A stretch of 50,634 bases of DNA, the filler included, from Catajapyx aquilonaris (Eukaryota): NCBI GenBank assembly GCA_000934665.2. It is 3 parts of 3 records of this genome, joined end to end, with 100 filler letters (N's around TTAATTAATTAA, not from the genome) between each part and the next. Parts side by side here need not be neighbours in the genome. Positions count along the whole stretch, not along the records: positions 33,846 to 50,634 come from KZ539643.1; 2 more parts are not named here. The stretch is one strand, 5' to 3'. The position numbers and the translations under genes are program-made. Below, piece after piece: positions 38,930-50,043 of this stretch. The notes under the pieces are model-generated. The model was not told the DNA's origin. It was given only the letters and a program-made list of their open reading frames with translations, and made no database searches. Position 1 is the stretch's first letter; each line of letters opens with the position of its first letter.

Positions 38930-40012
38930 ATGGAAGGACTAACTCTGCAGAAGCTCGTTCGAGAAGGTGCGATGGTGCCTTACACAACAGTGAACACTGT
39001 GGACAAGGCTCCATCTTGGTTGGACAAGGACAGGTTTCGGAGGGGACAGGCCTTCGCGCAGAGAAATCTCTTCGGAGTGCTTCTCTCCGTGTTCATGTCT
39101 GCCTCAGGCAACTTTTTGTGGGAGCCAGGACATCAAGTGGTGCTCTACTACGGCAAGTTTGAGAATCCGCAGACACTTCGTCGCTTAATGATGGCCACTC
39201 TTGCACACATTTCAACCTGGCTTGAAGGAGACCTGTGGGATGCACAGGACGAGGCGTATCGAAGCATGAAGGACGTCCAGGACAGACACAGGAGGTTGGG
39301 TGCGTATGCCAATAAGAACAGGTCAAAGGTGGAAGCAGCCAAGATGGATACGTCCAAGGAGCCTCAGCTGTGGGAAGAGTGTCGACTGACTGAACACATC
39401 AGGGACCAGTCACCTCCGTGTCCATTCAAGCTGCAGGATGGGAGTCCATACATGAGCCAGCTGGACCTCGCCTTGGCATCAGTTATGATGACATTTCCTG
39501 TAGTGTTGTGTCCAGAGAAGGTGGGCATACACAATGCAACAGAGGAGGAGATCGGTGATTACATGTACACGTGGAAAGTCCTTTGTTACCACCTGGGAGT
39601 AGAGGAACACTTGAATCCGTATACGGAAACATTGGATCAAATAAGAGCCATTTGCCAGGAGGCGATGGATGAAGTTTTCCAGCGCAACATGAAGAATTTT
39701 ACTGCGGAAAATGAATATTACTGTAGAATGTTGGTGTCTGCTTCTCACGATATTGTTCCTTTGACGCGCCTCGTCTTGAGTGGCGAAAGCTACCTTCTTC
39801 TCATGATGTGGATATACAAATTTACCAGTGTCTTTGAAACGCTCTCTTTCAAAGTGTCGTGGTACTCTAAGATAAGTTTCAAATTGATTACATTTATCTT
39901 GTCGTCCCTCTGTCGTTTCAGACCAGCGGTCAGAATTATTAATTATTTTACCAGCATGATTGTTACCGGAATTAAAGAGGAGTCCCGTTCAAAACACTTG
40001 GCACGTCTGTGA
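38930..40012 (+). CDS. MpaB/rubber-oxygenase (Lcp)-like, DUF2236-type putative heme protein, copy 1, 360 aa, intronless
   Basis: Family-like motifs PSWLDKDRFRRGQ.F, T..H...W, S...V..RH, MSQ.D.AL, P..VGI....EE...YM..WKVL.Y.LGVEE..N, plus a hydrophobic C-terminus. ATTAAA at 40127. Confidence 0.8.
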   Translation: MEGLTLQKLVREGAMVPYTTVNTVDKAPSWLDKDRFRRGQAFAQRNLFGVLLSVFMSASGNFLWEPGHQVVLYYGKFENPQTLRRLMMATLAHISTWLEGDLWDAQDEAYRSMKDVQDRHRRLGAYANKNRSKVEAAKMDTSKEPQLWEECRLTEHIRDQSPPCPFKLQDGSPYMSQLDLALASVMMTFPVVLCPEKVGIHNATEEEIGDYMYTWKVLCYHLGVEEHLNPYTETLDQIRAICQEAMDEVFQRNMKNFTAENEYYCRMLVSASHDIVPLTRLVLSGESYLLLMMWIYKFTSVFETLSFKVSWYSKISFKLITFILSSLCRFRPAVRIINYFTSMIVTGIKEESRSKHLARL

Positions 40013-40149
40013 GGATCATGTCCACACCCAGACAAACTAGATCAATTTTCAGGATGCTGCAAGTATCCACTCCAATCCTAGTATCCTAGTCCGTGTAGTT
40101 TATTTTTGTCGTCATTATTGCTTATCATTAAAGTGACAGCTGTAGTCAG

Positions 40150-40271
40150 CAGGGGTTCCAAACTCATTTCAAGAAAAAATTTGCAACAAGTTGTCCACAA
40201 TTAATTCGTGAAAATCTGGTGTCCCCCTTTTCCCCGGATTTTCCAATACAAGCCTTGATGTAATAAACCTG
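40150..40271 (+). mobile_element. End of a probable hAT (Charlie-like) element, duplicated downstream of both oxygenase copies
   Basis: Terminus caggggttccaaact. The same 120 bp occurs split in two at 47004-47071 and 49160-49229. Confidence 0.55.
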
Positions 40272-41309
40272 TGGGGGAAAACTATGTTTCAACCCCTTCG
40301 TAAATGCCCTTGAAGGAATATGCATGGGAATGCATCGCCTCGGGTTCATTTCCAGGTTTCCCTGAGCGTCTTTGCTTGGGAACATGAAAAGACACCAGGC
40401 CACACAGGTAGGAGTCCTGCGAATCCTTCGACGGGAGGCTGTTGAAGCTCTCTAATATGTATCGCCGCTTTTATTCCGAGATATTCTCGAAGCATCGGTA
40501 TCGCTTACAGCTGCTACAGTGTGAATCTTCCGTTAGAAATCATTGTTGCAGAGTAGGTATTAATGGAAAAAAGACAGGACAGAAAAATCGACGCAGTCCT
40601 GCAGGTTAAGGTTGCAAATTATTATTTGGCTGCTACAGTAGTTTCATTGATTTGCTTGACATTTACGTGCAACTCCATGGAAATGGCAATGTCTGAAAAA
40701 TTACACCCTGCGGAAGGCATTGCCTTTACTGCCCTGACCTCCAAAAATGTACCCTTACTTGCAGTCAGGCCCTGTTGCGCGAGCTGCTACAGGCTTTCCC
40801 GTGTGGTTCACGTGGCTGCGGCCTTCCACTTTGGCTACACGGATCTGAACAGCCTGTGGAACCTTTCTTGGGCGCTTACGTGCCGTTGCGTGTGTCTCAG
40901 AAGCATCTTCTGCCATGGTTGCACATGCATAAGTGCTCCTAGCACCAACCTCGTCCAATGGAGCGGAAGCCATTTTCAATTTGGTGTTTTCTGGGAAAAC
41001 AACCGATGTCAGTGACATCGGTTGTTTTTCTGGAAAACCGCTCTTGACATTGGTTGTTTTTGCGTAACCTGTTTTTTTTACAATGGTATTTCTCCCTTTG
41101 ACATCGGTTATTCTCGGGTGCGATTTTAATGGGACGTAGGACAGGCTTGGAAATATCTGAATTTGTGTTCATTTCATTTTGCCCATTTTTTGACATGGGT
41201 TGTTTTCCAGAAAAACCCTTCTGCCGTAAAACGGGTCAGATTGTGCCAGGTGTGGGTGAGTTTGATATTATGAATGTCCGTTTTTCAGTTTATATTTAGC
41301 TACGTACTG

Positions 41310-41315
<6 letters not shown>

Positions 41316-41381
<66 letters not shown>

Positions 41382-41640
41382 TTGACACCCCATTATCAGC
41401 CTACGGGCTTTCCTAGGGGGGGATTTCTCCCAATTTTTTGTCTGGAACTAATCCATTTTTACTATTTTTCTCATCACCGGAATGAAGCAGGGAAAGGGTA
41501 GGAAGGAGGCGGCTGTGGCCTATATTACGGTAACGACCCCGGAATTATCCTGCAAGGATCATGGGAAACCACAGAAAACCATGGTAAGGGTCGCCGGCCT
41601 CCGGGATTCGAACCCAGGACCTCCCGATTAGCAGTCGGTC
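41316..41640 (-). mobile_element. 5'-truncated tRNA-derived SINE with (TTA)n tail, seen as (AAT)n at 41311-41380
   Basis: B-box (plus strand gggattcgaacccagg). 14-bp TSD acgtactgtataat at 41302-41315 and 41641-41654. The empty site is visible in the paralogous segment at ~50399-50415. Confidence 0.85.
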
Positions 41641-41744
41641 ACGTACTGTATAATTATATGCATTAGCATACCGAATATCAGCACTGTACAAGTTACATAT
41701 TGTGGTGGTGAAATTATGGTGGTGTTATATCCGGATTCAACCGT

Positions 41745-41760
41745 GTTATTGTTGTTGTTG

Positions 41761-41828
<68 letters not shown>

Positions 41829-41830
41829 GT
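41745..41830. repeat. Compound (GTT)n(TTA)n microsatellite
   Basis: Read directly; the paralogous shorter array is at ~50499-50538. Confidence 0.95.
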
Positions 41831-42129
41831 TATTTGATGTTGCTATTGTTATTGTTACTGTTTTTTGGAGAGAAAAATTCTGTTATTGAAAGCGGTCAAA
41901 ATCATATCAACAGATGCATCAAATGAAAGCGAAACACGAGGGGAATGCGCCTATTGCATTTGTTTTCCTCGAAAATGTAACCAGAAAGTGTATGTGGTAT
42001 TCTACTCGTTCACATGCTCAGTCACATGTTCAAGTATTAGACCCCAACAATTAGTGATATATGACATTCGGGGGAAACTAGCTCTGGTAACTAAACTGAA
42101 GATACAACTCCTGACGAAATGGAAAGGTA

Positions 42130-42206
42130 GACCGGGGCTGGGATCGAACCCGGGACCATTACTTCCGTGGATGAACATATTACCGATTGCGCCACTGCGC
42201 CTTCCC
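42130..42206 (-). mobile_element. tRNA-like SINE head related to the 7298 family
   Basis: Reverse complement gggaaggcgcagtggcgcaatcggtaa...ccacggaag...ggtcccgggttcgatcccagccccgg carries A and B boxes. Confidence 0.7.
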
Positions 42207-42246
42207 TATAAATATGAAAATAACATTGTCATCGCGACATTTCCGT

Positions 42247-44420
42247 GAAGCAACCATGTCTTGTGAGATTTCATTTTGTGACTTTCTCATATCTCGAGGA
42301 AATTATTGGCTCCAACATGGTTTAACGTTTGGGGTATTTTTCGTGTTCACTCTACGTGTTGTAGCCTACTTGTTTCTCACGAATATGTAACTTATACGTG
42401 CAGATGGGAAGACGTATTTTCGTTATAACAAAGCGTGTGAAATCAGGTAATTAAATTAACATTGCAAAATCGCATGAAATTGAAGAATGTCGAAATAGAT
42501 TTCGAAATATTGTAAGAAAGGGGCGAGTTTCTTTCTTTTATGTTTAGTTATGCAGCCAAATTCATATCACTTACCGGCCAATACAATTTACTTATTTCGG
42601 AGGCCTTTACCAGAACGCTGTAAGGACACCCTAAACGTTGCTGGCTTAACAGCGTTCTGTTTCATTATATGGAATCCAGGTGAGGAAATATTAAACTGCA
42701 CAAAAGACAACAATAAAACCTATGTTTTTGCCCATCTCTCAAAGAACCACTTTCATTCGACTAAATCACGACTGGTTGCAGTTTTTGAAACTTTCAAATG
42801 TCCCTATGAACATAAACATTTTTAAAATAGTAAAGGCGTTGGTAGATGATGCCCAATTTTTCGAGTGACACATTCTGATGCACTAAAACGGTCATTAATG
42901 AATTGATGAGAAATTCCGAGTTTGTAAAGCCTTCTGCCGTCATTTTTAATGTGAAGCATAATATTATTATGTCGTTTCTCTTTTACCCCCGCCCCCTCAC
43001 GTGATTATTGATCCATCTGTATGCCACGCAAGTGACATCGATAGAGCATCAAAACCCAGTAAAGTTCACATCTGTCACTGTTTTAGGTTTCAAATGAAAA
43101 GGGTAGGACACTTTGGCCAAAGATGGGGTCTGCGAGGTGTCGTTTGTTCTTCTGCCCTTTTTTTCTCCCCCTGTCATGGGTTTTTACTTTTTAGTCATCT
43201 GCATACCTCAACAAAATGTATATCGACACAGAGCTTCCGAAATCAGTAAAGGTAATCTTTGTAACTTTTCCGGTTTTTTGAATAACAGAGACGCGATGTT
43301 TCAACTGCTTTGTACAGGGGGCCCTATCATTTTGTCCAACCCCCCTGTATAGTATAGTACAATGATGATACTGTACGTATTTAATAATATGTCAGAGTCG
43401 TGTATATGAGAGGCAACACTCGGTATATCTGAAGCAACACTCTTGTGAGATTTCATTGCGTGACTTTCTCATATCTCGAGCATAGAGTAGATAGTCTAAC
43501 CTATGACCTCGAGGAAATTGGCTCCTACATGGGCTAGGGTTTCGCGTATTTCTCTGGTTTACTCTACATGTTCTACGTACTTGTTTCTCAAGAATATGCA
43601 ACTTATACGCTCTCACACCTGCAGATGGGCATGTTTTTTCTGGTGATTATAAAGCTATTGAAATCGCACCAATGAAAGAATGGTCAAAACTGCGTCAAAA
43701 TGTAGAATACCGTACCTGTATTCCGAAATATTGCAAGAGAAAGTTCAGTTTCTTGATTATGTTTTATAAGGAGCAGCCAAGATGGCAACAAAATGATTGT
43801 TACATAAATATAATGTTATGCAATAAATGTCATAGAAGGATTTCAGGGATCTTATAGGATGTTAAAGGGACAAAATATTTGTCGAATTCTGGTGCAACCA
43901 CCCAAAAAAAACTATTTGACCCGCAATAATTTTTCACTACAGTATTTTTTATTTTCCTACAGTGTGAGAGAAATGTCATAATCACAATACGTACACTCGT
44001 ACAGTATTCATCACAATAAGTAGGCCTGAAGTAGGCCTACGTATTAAGGTGAGCGAGAGTGTCATTGCATTACCATTGAAGAGTTTTATCAGTGGAACCC
44101 AATATTTTATTATAAGGAGCATGATGTGACTTGACTGTCATACATGCGGTAACAATAATAATGATCGTTATGATTTCGTTGCGTGACCTGCTCACATCTC
44201 GTGCACATTGGATCAGCGTGATTTGAGGTTTGGGAAATTTTCTATGGTTCACCCTACGTGTTATATTGTACTTGATGTTCGCACGAGTTGTAGGCCTTTA
44301 CATGAAACGTTGCATGATTGCATGAAGTAAAATAAACGTGTTGAAATACATTTTTTAATTTTGTAGAGAAACGTGAGTTCCTCCTTATGTTTAATTAATC
44401 AGCCAGATGCATATCATTAA
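42247..44420. repeat. Three diverged direct copies of a ~250-330 bp unit (~42247, ~43431, ~44170)
   Basis: Shared core gagatttcatt..gtgactttctcatatctcgag...ttcactctacgtgtt...tacttgtttctca...gcagcca. Confidence 0.7.
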
Positions 44421-44952
44421 ATATCAATAATATTTCAATTTCGGTCTGGGCAAGTGGTGCATTAATTTAATGTTATGATCCCCACTGCGGTGAATTGAAT
44501 AATGGCGATGGGAAGAGAATACTCAAAGATATACTGATTGAGAGAGACATTATATTCCCTCTCCCGTGAGTCGAGCTGTGAGAGCATTGGGGAGACTACT
44601 TATTTTGAAAAAAATATATGACAAAATAATTNGGGGGGAGGTGTTAAGTAACATGTCCTGCAAAGTCCGTTTTCGTTAAGAACAAACCGCACTTCTCAAC
44701 TATTAGCACTGTTGCCACAAAATAGTTTTGCCAACATTATCCATACATACTGCCTATAGGCCCTAGACCGAGAGTATACCCGGCAAATGTTCATGAACTG
44801 TACGTAACACGAGTCGTAACCTTGCAGAAGGTTACTCACTTAGTAGAGGTGCATGTTTGATACGAGTATAAATATGAGGAGTGAGCTGGCATAGTCAGTC
44901 TATCGTTCGCCTGTTCTGTGGTGCAGAGGTCCGACATTTTCTTGACTGCTGG

Positions 44953-45060
44953 GGTGTTACGCTACATCAGACATATGTATCGTATACGTACGTAACACCA
45001 ATGCTTGGTACGTTCGGGGATATATAAAGCCCCTTTCTCGTTAGTCTTCCTCACTCCAAA
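44953..45060 (+). promoter_or_regulatory. Proximal promoter of oxygenase-like copy 2
   Basis: Near-identical to 38822-38929, with TATATAAA at 45021-45028. Confidence 0.6.
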
Positions 45061-46143
45061 ATGGAAGGACTAACTCTGCAGAAGCTCGTTCGAGAAGGTG
45101 CGATGGTGCCTTACACAACAGTGAACACTGTGGACAAGGCTCCATCTTGGTTGGACAAGGACAGATTTCGGAGGGGACAGGCCTTCGTGCAGAGAAATCT
45201 CTTCGGAGTGCTTCTCTCCGTGTTCATGTCTGCCACAAGCAACTTTTTATGGGAGCCAGGACATCAAGTGGTGCTCTACTACGGCAAGTTTGAGAATCCG
45301 CAGACACTTCGTCGCTTAATGATGGCCACTCTTGCACACATTTCAACCTGGTTTGAAGGTGACCTGTGGGATGCACAGGACGAGGCGTATCGAAGCATGA
45401 AGGACGTCCAGGACAGACACAGGAGGTTGGGTGCGTATGCCAATAAGAACAGGTCAAAGGTGGAAGCAGCCAAGATGGATACGTCCAAGGAGCCTCAGCT
45501 GTGGGAAGAGTGTCGACTGACTGAACACATCAGGGACCAGTCACCTCCGTGTCCATTCAAGCTGCAGGATGGGAGTCCATACATGAGCCAGCTGGACCTC
45601 GCCTTGGCATCAGTTATGATGACATTTCCTGTAGTGTTGTGTCCAGAGAAGGTGGGCATACACAATGCAACAGAGGAGGAGATCGGGGATTACATGTACA
45701 CGTGGAAAGTCCTTTGTTACCACCTGGGAGTAGAGGAACACTTGAATCCGTTTACGGAAACATTGGATCAAATAAGAGCCATTTGCCAGGAGACGCTGGA
45801 TGAAGTTTTCCAGCGCAATATGAAGAATTTTACTGCGGAAAATGAATATTACTGTAGAATGTTGGTGTCTGCTTCTCACGATATTGTTCCATTGACGCGC
45901 CTCGTTTTGAATGGCGAAAGCTTCATTCTGCTCATGATGTGGATGTTCGAATTTCACAGTGCTTTCGCAAAGATATATTCCAAATTATCGTGGTACTCTA
46001 TGATAAGTTTCAAATTGATTACATTTATCTTGTCGTCCCTCTGTCGTTTCAGACCAGCGGTCAGAATTATTAATTATCTGACCAGCATGATTCTTACCGG
46101 AATTAAAGAGGAGTCCCGTTCAAAACACTTGGTACGTCTGTGA
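45061..46143 (+). CDS. MpaB/rubber-oxygenase (Lcp)-like, DUF2236-type protein, copy 2, 360 aa, intronless
   Basis: Same length as copy 1, colinear and >90% identical. The 3' flank matches copy 1 to ~46279; ATTAAA at 46258. Confidence 0.8.
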   Translation: MEGLTLQKLVREGAMVPYTTVNTVDKAPSWLDKDRFRRGQAFVQRNLFGVLLSVFMSATSNFLWEPGHQVVLYYGKFENPQTLRRLMMATLAHISTWFEGDLWDAQDEAYRSMKDVQDRHRRLGAYANKNRSKVEAAKMDTSKEPQLWEECRLTEHIRDQSPPCPFKLQDGSPYMSQLDLALASVMMTFPVVLCPEKVGIHNATEEEIGDYMYTWKVLCYHLGVEEHLNPFTETLDQIRAICQETLDEVFQRNMKNFTAENEYYCRMLVSASHDIVPLTRLVLNGESFILLMMWMFEFHSAFAKIYSKLSWYSMISFKLITFILSSLCRFRPAVRIINYLTSMILTGIKEESRSKHLVRL

Positions 46144-47071
46144 GGATCATGTCCACACCCAGACAAACTAGATCAATTTTCAGGATGTTGCAAGTATCCA
46201 CTCCAATCCTAGTATCCTAGTCCGTGTAGTTTATTTTTGTCGTCATTATTGCTTATCATTAAAGTGACAGCTGTAGTCAACGTTCCAAAATTTTAACATT
46301 GACTGCGGATTCAGACATTGTACAGTAGTGACCTGAACGCGATGACCGCACGTGTCATTTGAGAAAATAAATTGTAGGAATTTTTCCTAACGTTTTTCTA
46401 ATGACCTCAACTCTATGAATCTGAAGGCCACTCTACAACCCAAAAAAACTAGAGTAACTTATTATCAATTTTGTTGTGCGGTTGTCAAAGCCAATAAATT
46501 CCGAGTGAAGAACAGTATAAGACAAGTTATATATTTTTTGCAAGACCTGATTATGGCTTTTGCTGTCCAGCTGCAATTTAAACATTCCGCCCGAGGGGGT
46601 ACTCACTCGACTGTAGAGTGTACACCGGAATACCAAGGAGTGCCTGGGAGTACCTAAGGATTACACCTACCCGTAGACCTACCCGGGACCGCCTAGCTGG
46701 AGCATCACTGAGCGCCTTAAGAGGGAAACCAGGCAAGGAAGCCGGTAAATTGGAGTGACACAGGCGTGTGCGTTTTACTTTAAACTTGAGGTTCCTTTTG
46801 GACGAAATAAAATAAAATAATTATCCCTTACTGTATATGAAATGGGCTTTCATACGGCGGCAGCGGAAATACAAATATCCTGGCGTGGTTCGCAGAAATA
46901 ATTTGCAAACATTTGTCTAGATTTTGCAGAACTTCACTGGCATAGACCAGAAGGCACAATCTACATCGTTCTAAATATTGTCCTTCGCTGAAAAGATGCA
47001 TTCGCAGGGGTTCCAAACTCATTTCAAGGAAAAATTTGCAATAAGTTGTCCACAATTAATTCGTGAAAATC

Positions 47072-47421
47072 GGGGAGGCGAAGTGGTGCTGCGGTAACGT
47101 ACGCGCCCACGGATGTTAAGGTCCCGGGTTCGATCCCAACTCAGGGGACACCCCCTTCATCTCGTGCAGAGTTCATGGTCACCTCTGGCTTCGTCTCGGG
47201 TGGTATATCCAACAGACTCAACCGCCCGGGGGAGTTCACTAAAAATGGCCACATTAAGACATTGCACTGCACTTTGCACATCCCTTCCTGTCATCCTGCC
47301 CGTGGGCCCGGGCGATTCGCTCAAGGTTCCAGCATTGTACTGCATTGTACTTCAAGTATAATAAAGGTCCATGCCGCACACCCTATATAGGGTCAGGCAC
47401 TACCCAAGGATTATATTATAA
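47072..47421 (+). mobile_element. tRNA-derived SINE, same family as 7298-7636
   Basis: ggggaggcgaagtgg...cccacggatgttaaggtcccgggttcgatccc...ataataaaggtcca...tacccaag aligns along its length with 7298-7621. The 15-bp TSD taattcgtgaaaatc lies at 47057-47071 and 49160-49174. Confidence 0.9.
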
Positions 47422-48126
47422 TTCCCCCTATAATAATAGCCTTGTCCGGAACTCTCCACGGGAACGCTCCAGATGTTGCTGCCTGATGAAGAAGTAGTGC
47501 CGTGACGAAAAAGGTGGCAGCACTCCCGCGGCGGCCAAGGGAGTGCTGCCACCTTTTTGTCAGTACGGTACTAATTCTTCAGGCCGCCGCTTTCTCTTCC
47601 CGCCAAAAGTCCTAACCGCCACCTATTTCCTTTCCCGCCAATACAGGTCTGCCAACTGATTCAATCTGAGCCTCAGAATATTCAGAAAGCTGTCATATAC
47701 GCTGCTACTCTCAGCCCTATGTCTCAGTCCCCCTTTCTAACTATGCCGCCATCTTGGATCCGGATCTAGCAACTTATTATCATTTTCAGCGGATAGCTTA
47801 TTAGCTTAGAGTAAACCCTTGCGACTTATTTGGCGGCGTAGCATGAACCTCCCGGAGCAAGCAAACAAGATATCAGCGGTGGGATCAGCAGAGATTGGCG
47901 GTCACTGGCAAAGCCACAATATAACGTCCGTTGGCCTCCGCCGCCACAAGACGGACAGTAGGCCTACTGTAAATGCTGCGGATACGAAACCCACCACAAT
48001 AGTCGCCCAGCTCCGCTTCCTCTCCGCATTACCTAAAAATATCCTGCAGGGCGACGAACCCTGCCTGGCGAGGCCACAGCAGATGAGAGTGGAGATAATG
48101 GATACCCCGTAATAAGCCTCCTTCAG

Positions 48127-48356
48127 CTTTTTAGGGGATCATCTTTTAATTGACCGACTTTAATCATTGCCTTTGCTGTCATGGATTTTGATTGTGAGAG
48201 GAAACGGGTGAACCCCCGAGAAAACCCATGCGAACACGGAGAGAACCCATCGAAACTATATCCACATAAGCATACACTCTGTCCGATCCGGGGATCGAAC
48301 TCGGGACCTTAGAGGTGAAAGGCTGCGGCGCTAACCACTCCGCCACCGTGTCGCCC
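48127..48356 (-). mobile_element. tRNA-derived SINE with V-SINE-like central domain
   Basis: Reverse complement: gggcgacacggtggcggagtggttagcg...gagttcgatcccc head, then ttctctccgtgttcgcatgggttttctcgggggttcacccgtttcctctcacaatcaaaa. The 3' boundary is approximate. Confidence 0.8.
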
Positions 48357-48500
48357 GATAACAAATTACAGTATCATAAAGCCATACAGCATTATTACCT
48401 ACACAAAGGACAACTCGCTCCATCCCTCATGTTGCCCCGTCACTCAAATATGCCCGTATCAGCTATTATCAGCTATTATTATTAGCCCATAGCCTGCTGG

Positions 48501-48650
48501 CAAGGGGGTAATCACTCGACTGAAAAGTGTACTCTGGAGTACCAAATTCAAGGAGTACCACCGGTACCACGGAGTAATAAAGTGCCTGAGGAGTACCAGG
48601 GAGTACCACTCCCAGGTGTACACCGGAGTACCGAAGTGATTACCCCCTTG
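48501..48650. mobile_element. 150-bp hAT-type MITE
   Basis: 16-bp TIRs caagggggtaatcact / agtgattacccccttg and an 8-bp TSD cctgctgg at 48493-48500 and 48651-48658. Relatives at 37513 and ~46592-46675. Confidence 0.9.
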
Positions 48651-49880
48651 CCTGCTGGATCCGGATCCAAAAGTCTTATGTATGTTCATTTACATAATGT
48701 CATCCCAGCCTATGCCATGGCGATCAACAATAACTCGCCCGGCCAGAATGATCAGCACGTTATCATTTCCCTGGATGAACCTGTCTTCTCCCAATCATGG
48801 CCAGCTGCATGTGGCACTGTCCCGGTCTCGCAACCCAAGTCAGGTCAAAGTGTTCATTACTCCTACTGCTCAACACGGAACATTGCTCTCCAACAACAGA
48901 GTGTTTACACACAATGTTGTATATGAGTATATCGGGAGGTTTTATGAAAACTTCTCTCACGCCCGATTCAGGACGTGTACAGCATGTACAATGTACATTG
49001 AGTCAATGCCACTCAATTTCTCAACCCCGTCTTACGACCAGCTATACTCTATTTCTTAGTTGTCACTCCGCGAGCCCTCTCATTCAATTTTTTAACTACC
49101 CTTGTCTTCCTCATTGCTGGTTTTGCCAAATTTTGGCTACGGGTGCGCTAGTTATTATATAATTCGTGAAAATCTGGTGTCCCCCTTTTCCCCGGATTTT
49201 CCAATACAAGCCTTGATGTAATAAACCTGGGGGGGGGGGGGGGGGNNNNNNNNNNNNNNNNNNNNNNNNNNNNNNNNNNNNNNNNNNNNNNNNNNNNNNN
49301 NNNNNNNNNNNNNNNNNNNNNNNNNNNNNNNNNNNNNNNNNNNNNNNNNNNNNNNNNNNNNNNNNNNNNNNNNNNNNNNNNNNNNNNNNNNNNNNNNNNN
49401 NNNNNNNNNNNNNNNNNNNNNNNNNNNNNNNNNNNNNNCCCCCCCCCCCCCCAACCCGCTACCTATAATAAACCACCACCACCACCCCTAGCTTGACCCT
49501 CTGAGCCTTGCCTCGAGGTCCCTACTTTTTCTTTCCACTCCGGCCCATCCACACAAAATCGGAGTTTTGACCAGGTTTTTACTGCCTTGTAAAATGAGTG
49601 ACGTCACAGGTTCGCCCTCACAGGCGGCAATGTTTGTTGGGTATCAACAGTTCAAAAAGAATTGTCCCAGTCATCCTGACGTGTGGGCTGGCCGCTCGAC
49701 ACACACCATGATACCGTTCTCCTCAGATGCGGCTTGCTTCATAGCCGAAATAAACTGGGTTTCCCACACCTAATTTCTAAATAATATTGCATTACTTGTA
49801 GTTGACCATCATTGAGTAGGTTAATCTGAAATAGAGGTTGAGAATCCTTTATCCGAGATGGTAAACCTTGGTTATGATAT

Positions 49881-50043
49881 GACTATCGTCATTTTGTACC
49901 CATGAAGAAGCACATGGCCGGCCAGCACTTCACTGAAAACGAGGAAGAAAGAGGCCGCCGCGCCGCGCCGCACCGACCCTGACGACTTTTTCTGCATTGG
50001 CATGGAAAAACTAGTGTCCCGGTGGGACAAATGCACCAAAGTG
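49881..50043 (+). pseudogene. Degraded mariner transposase C-terminal fragment
   Basis: Translates to DYRHFVPMKKHMAGQHFTENEE, then after a frameshift DDFFCIGMEKLVSRWDKCTKV, matching the mariner SDYHLF..MK..L.G..F...EE and FF..GI.KL..RW.KC motifs. Confidence 0.8.

Larger units (their letters stand above)
47422..49151 (+). mobile_element. Probable non-autonomous Helitron inserted into the SINE's AT-rich tail
   Basis: Begins ttcccccTATAATAATAG and ends gccaaattttggctacgggtgcgCTAG|T, with no TSD of its own. It separates the SINE body from its downstream TSD. Confidence 0.55.

Noticed and set aside
41274..41926. Poly-Asn / poly-Tyr ORFs
   Set aside because: Translations of (AAT)n/(TTA)n microsatellites.
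49246..49438. N-run flanked by poly-G and poly-C (also the N-run at 33159-33178 and single Ns next to G-runs)
   Set aside because: Sequencing gaps at homopolymers; run lengths are unreliable, so no G-quadruplex or hairpin claim is made.
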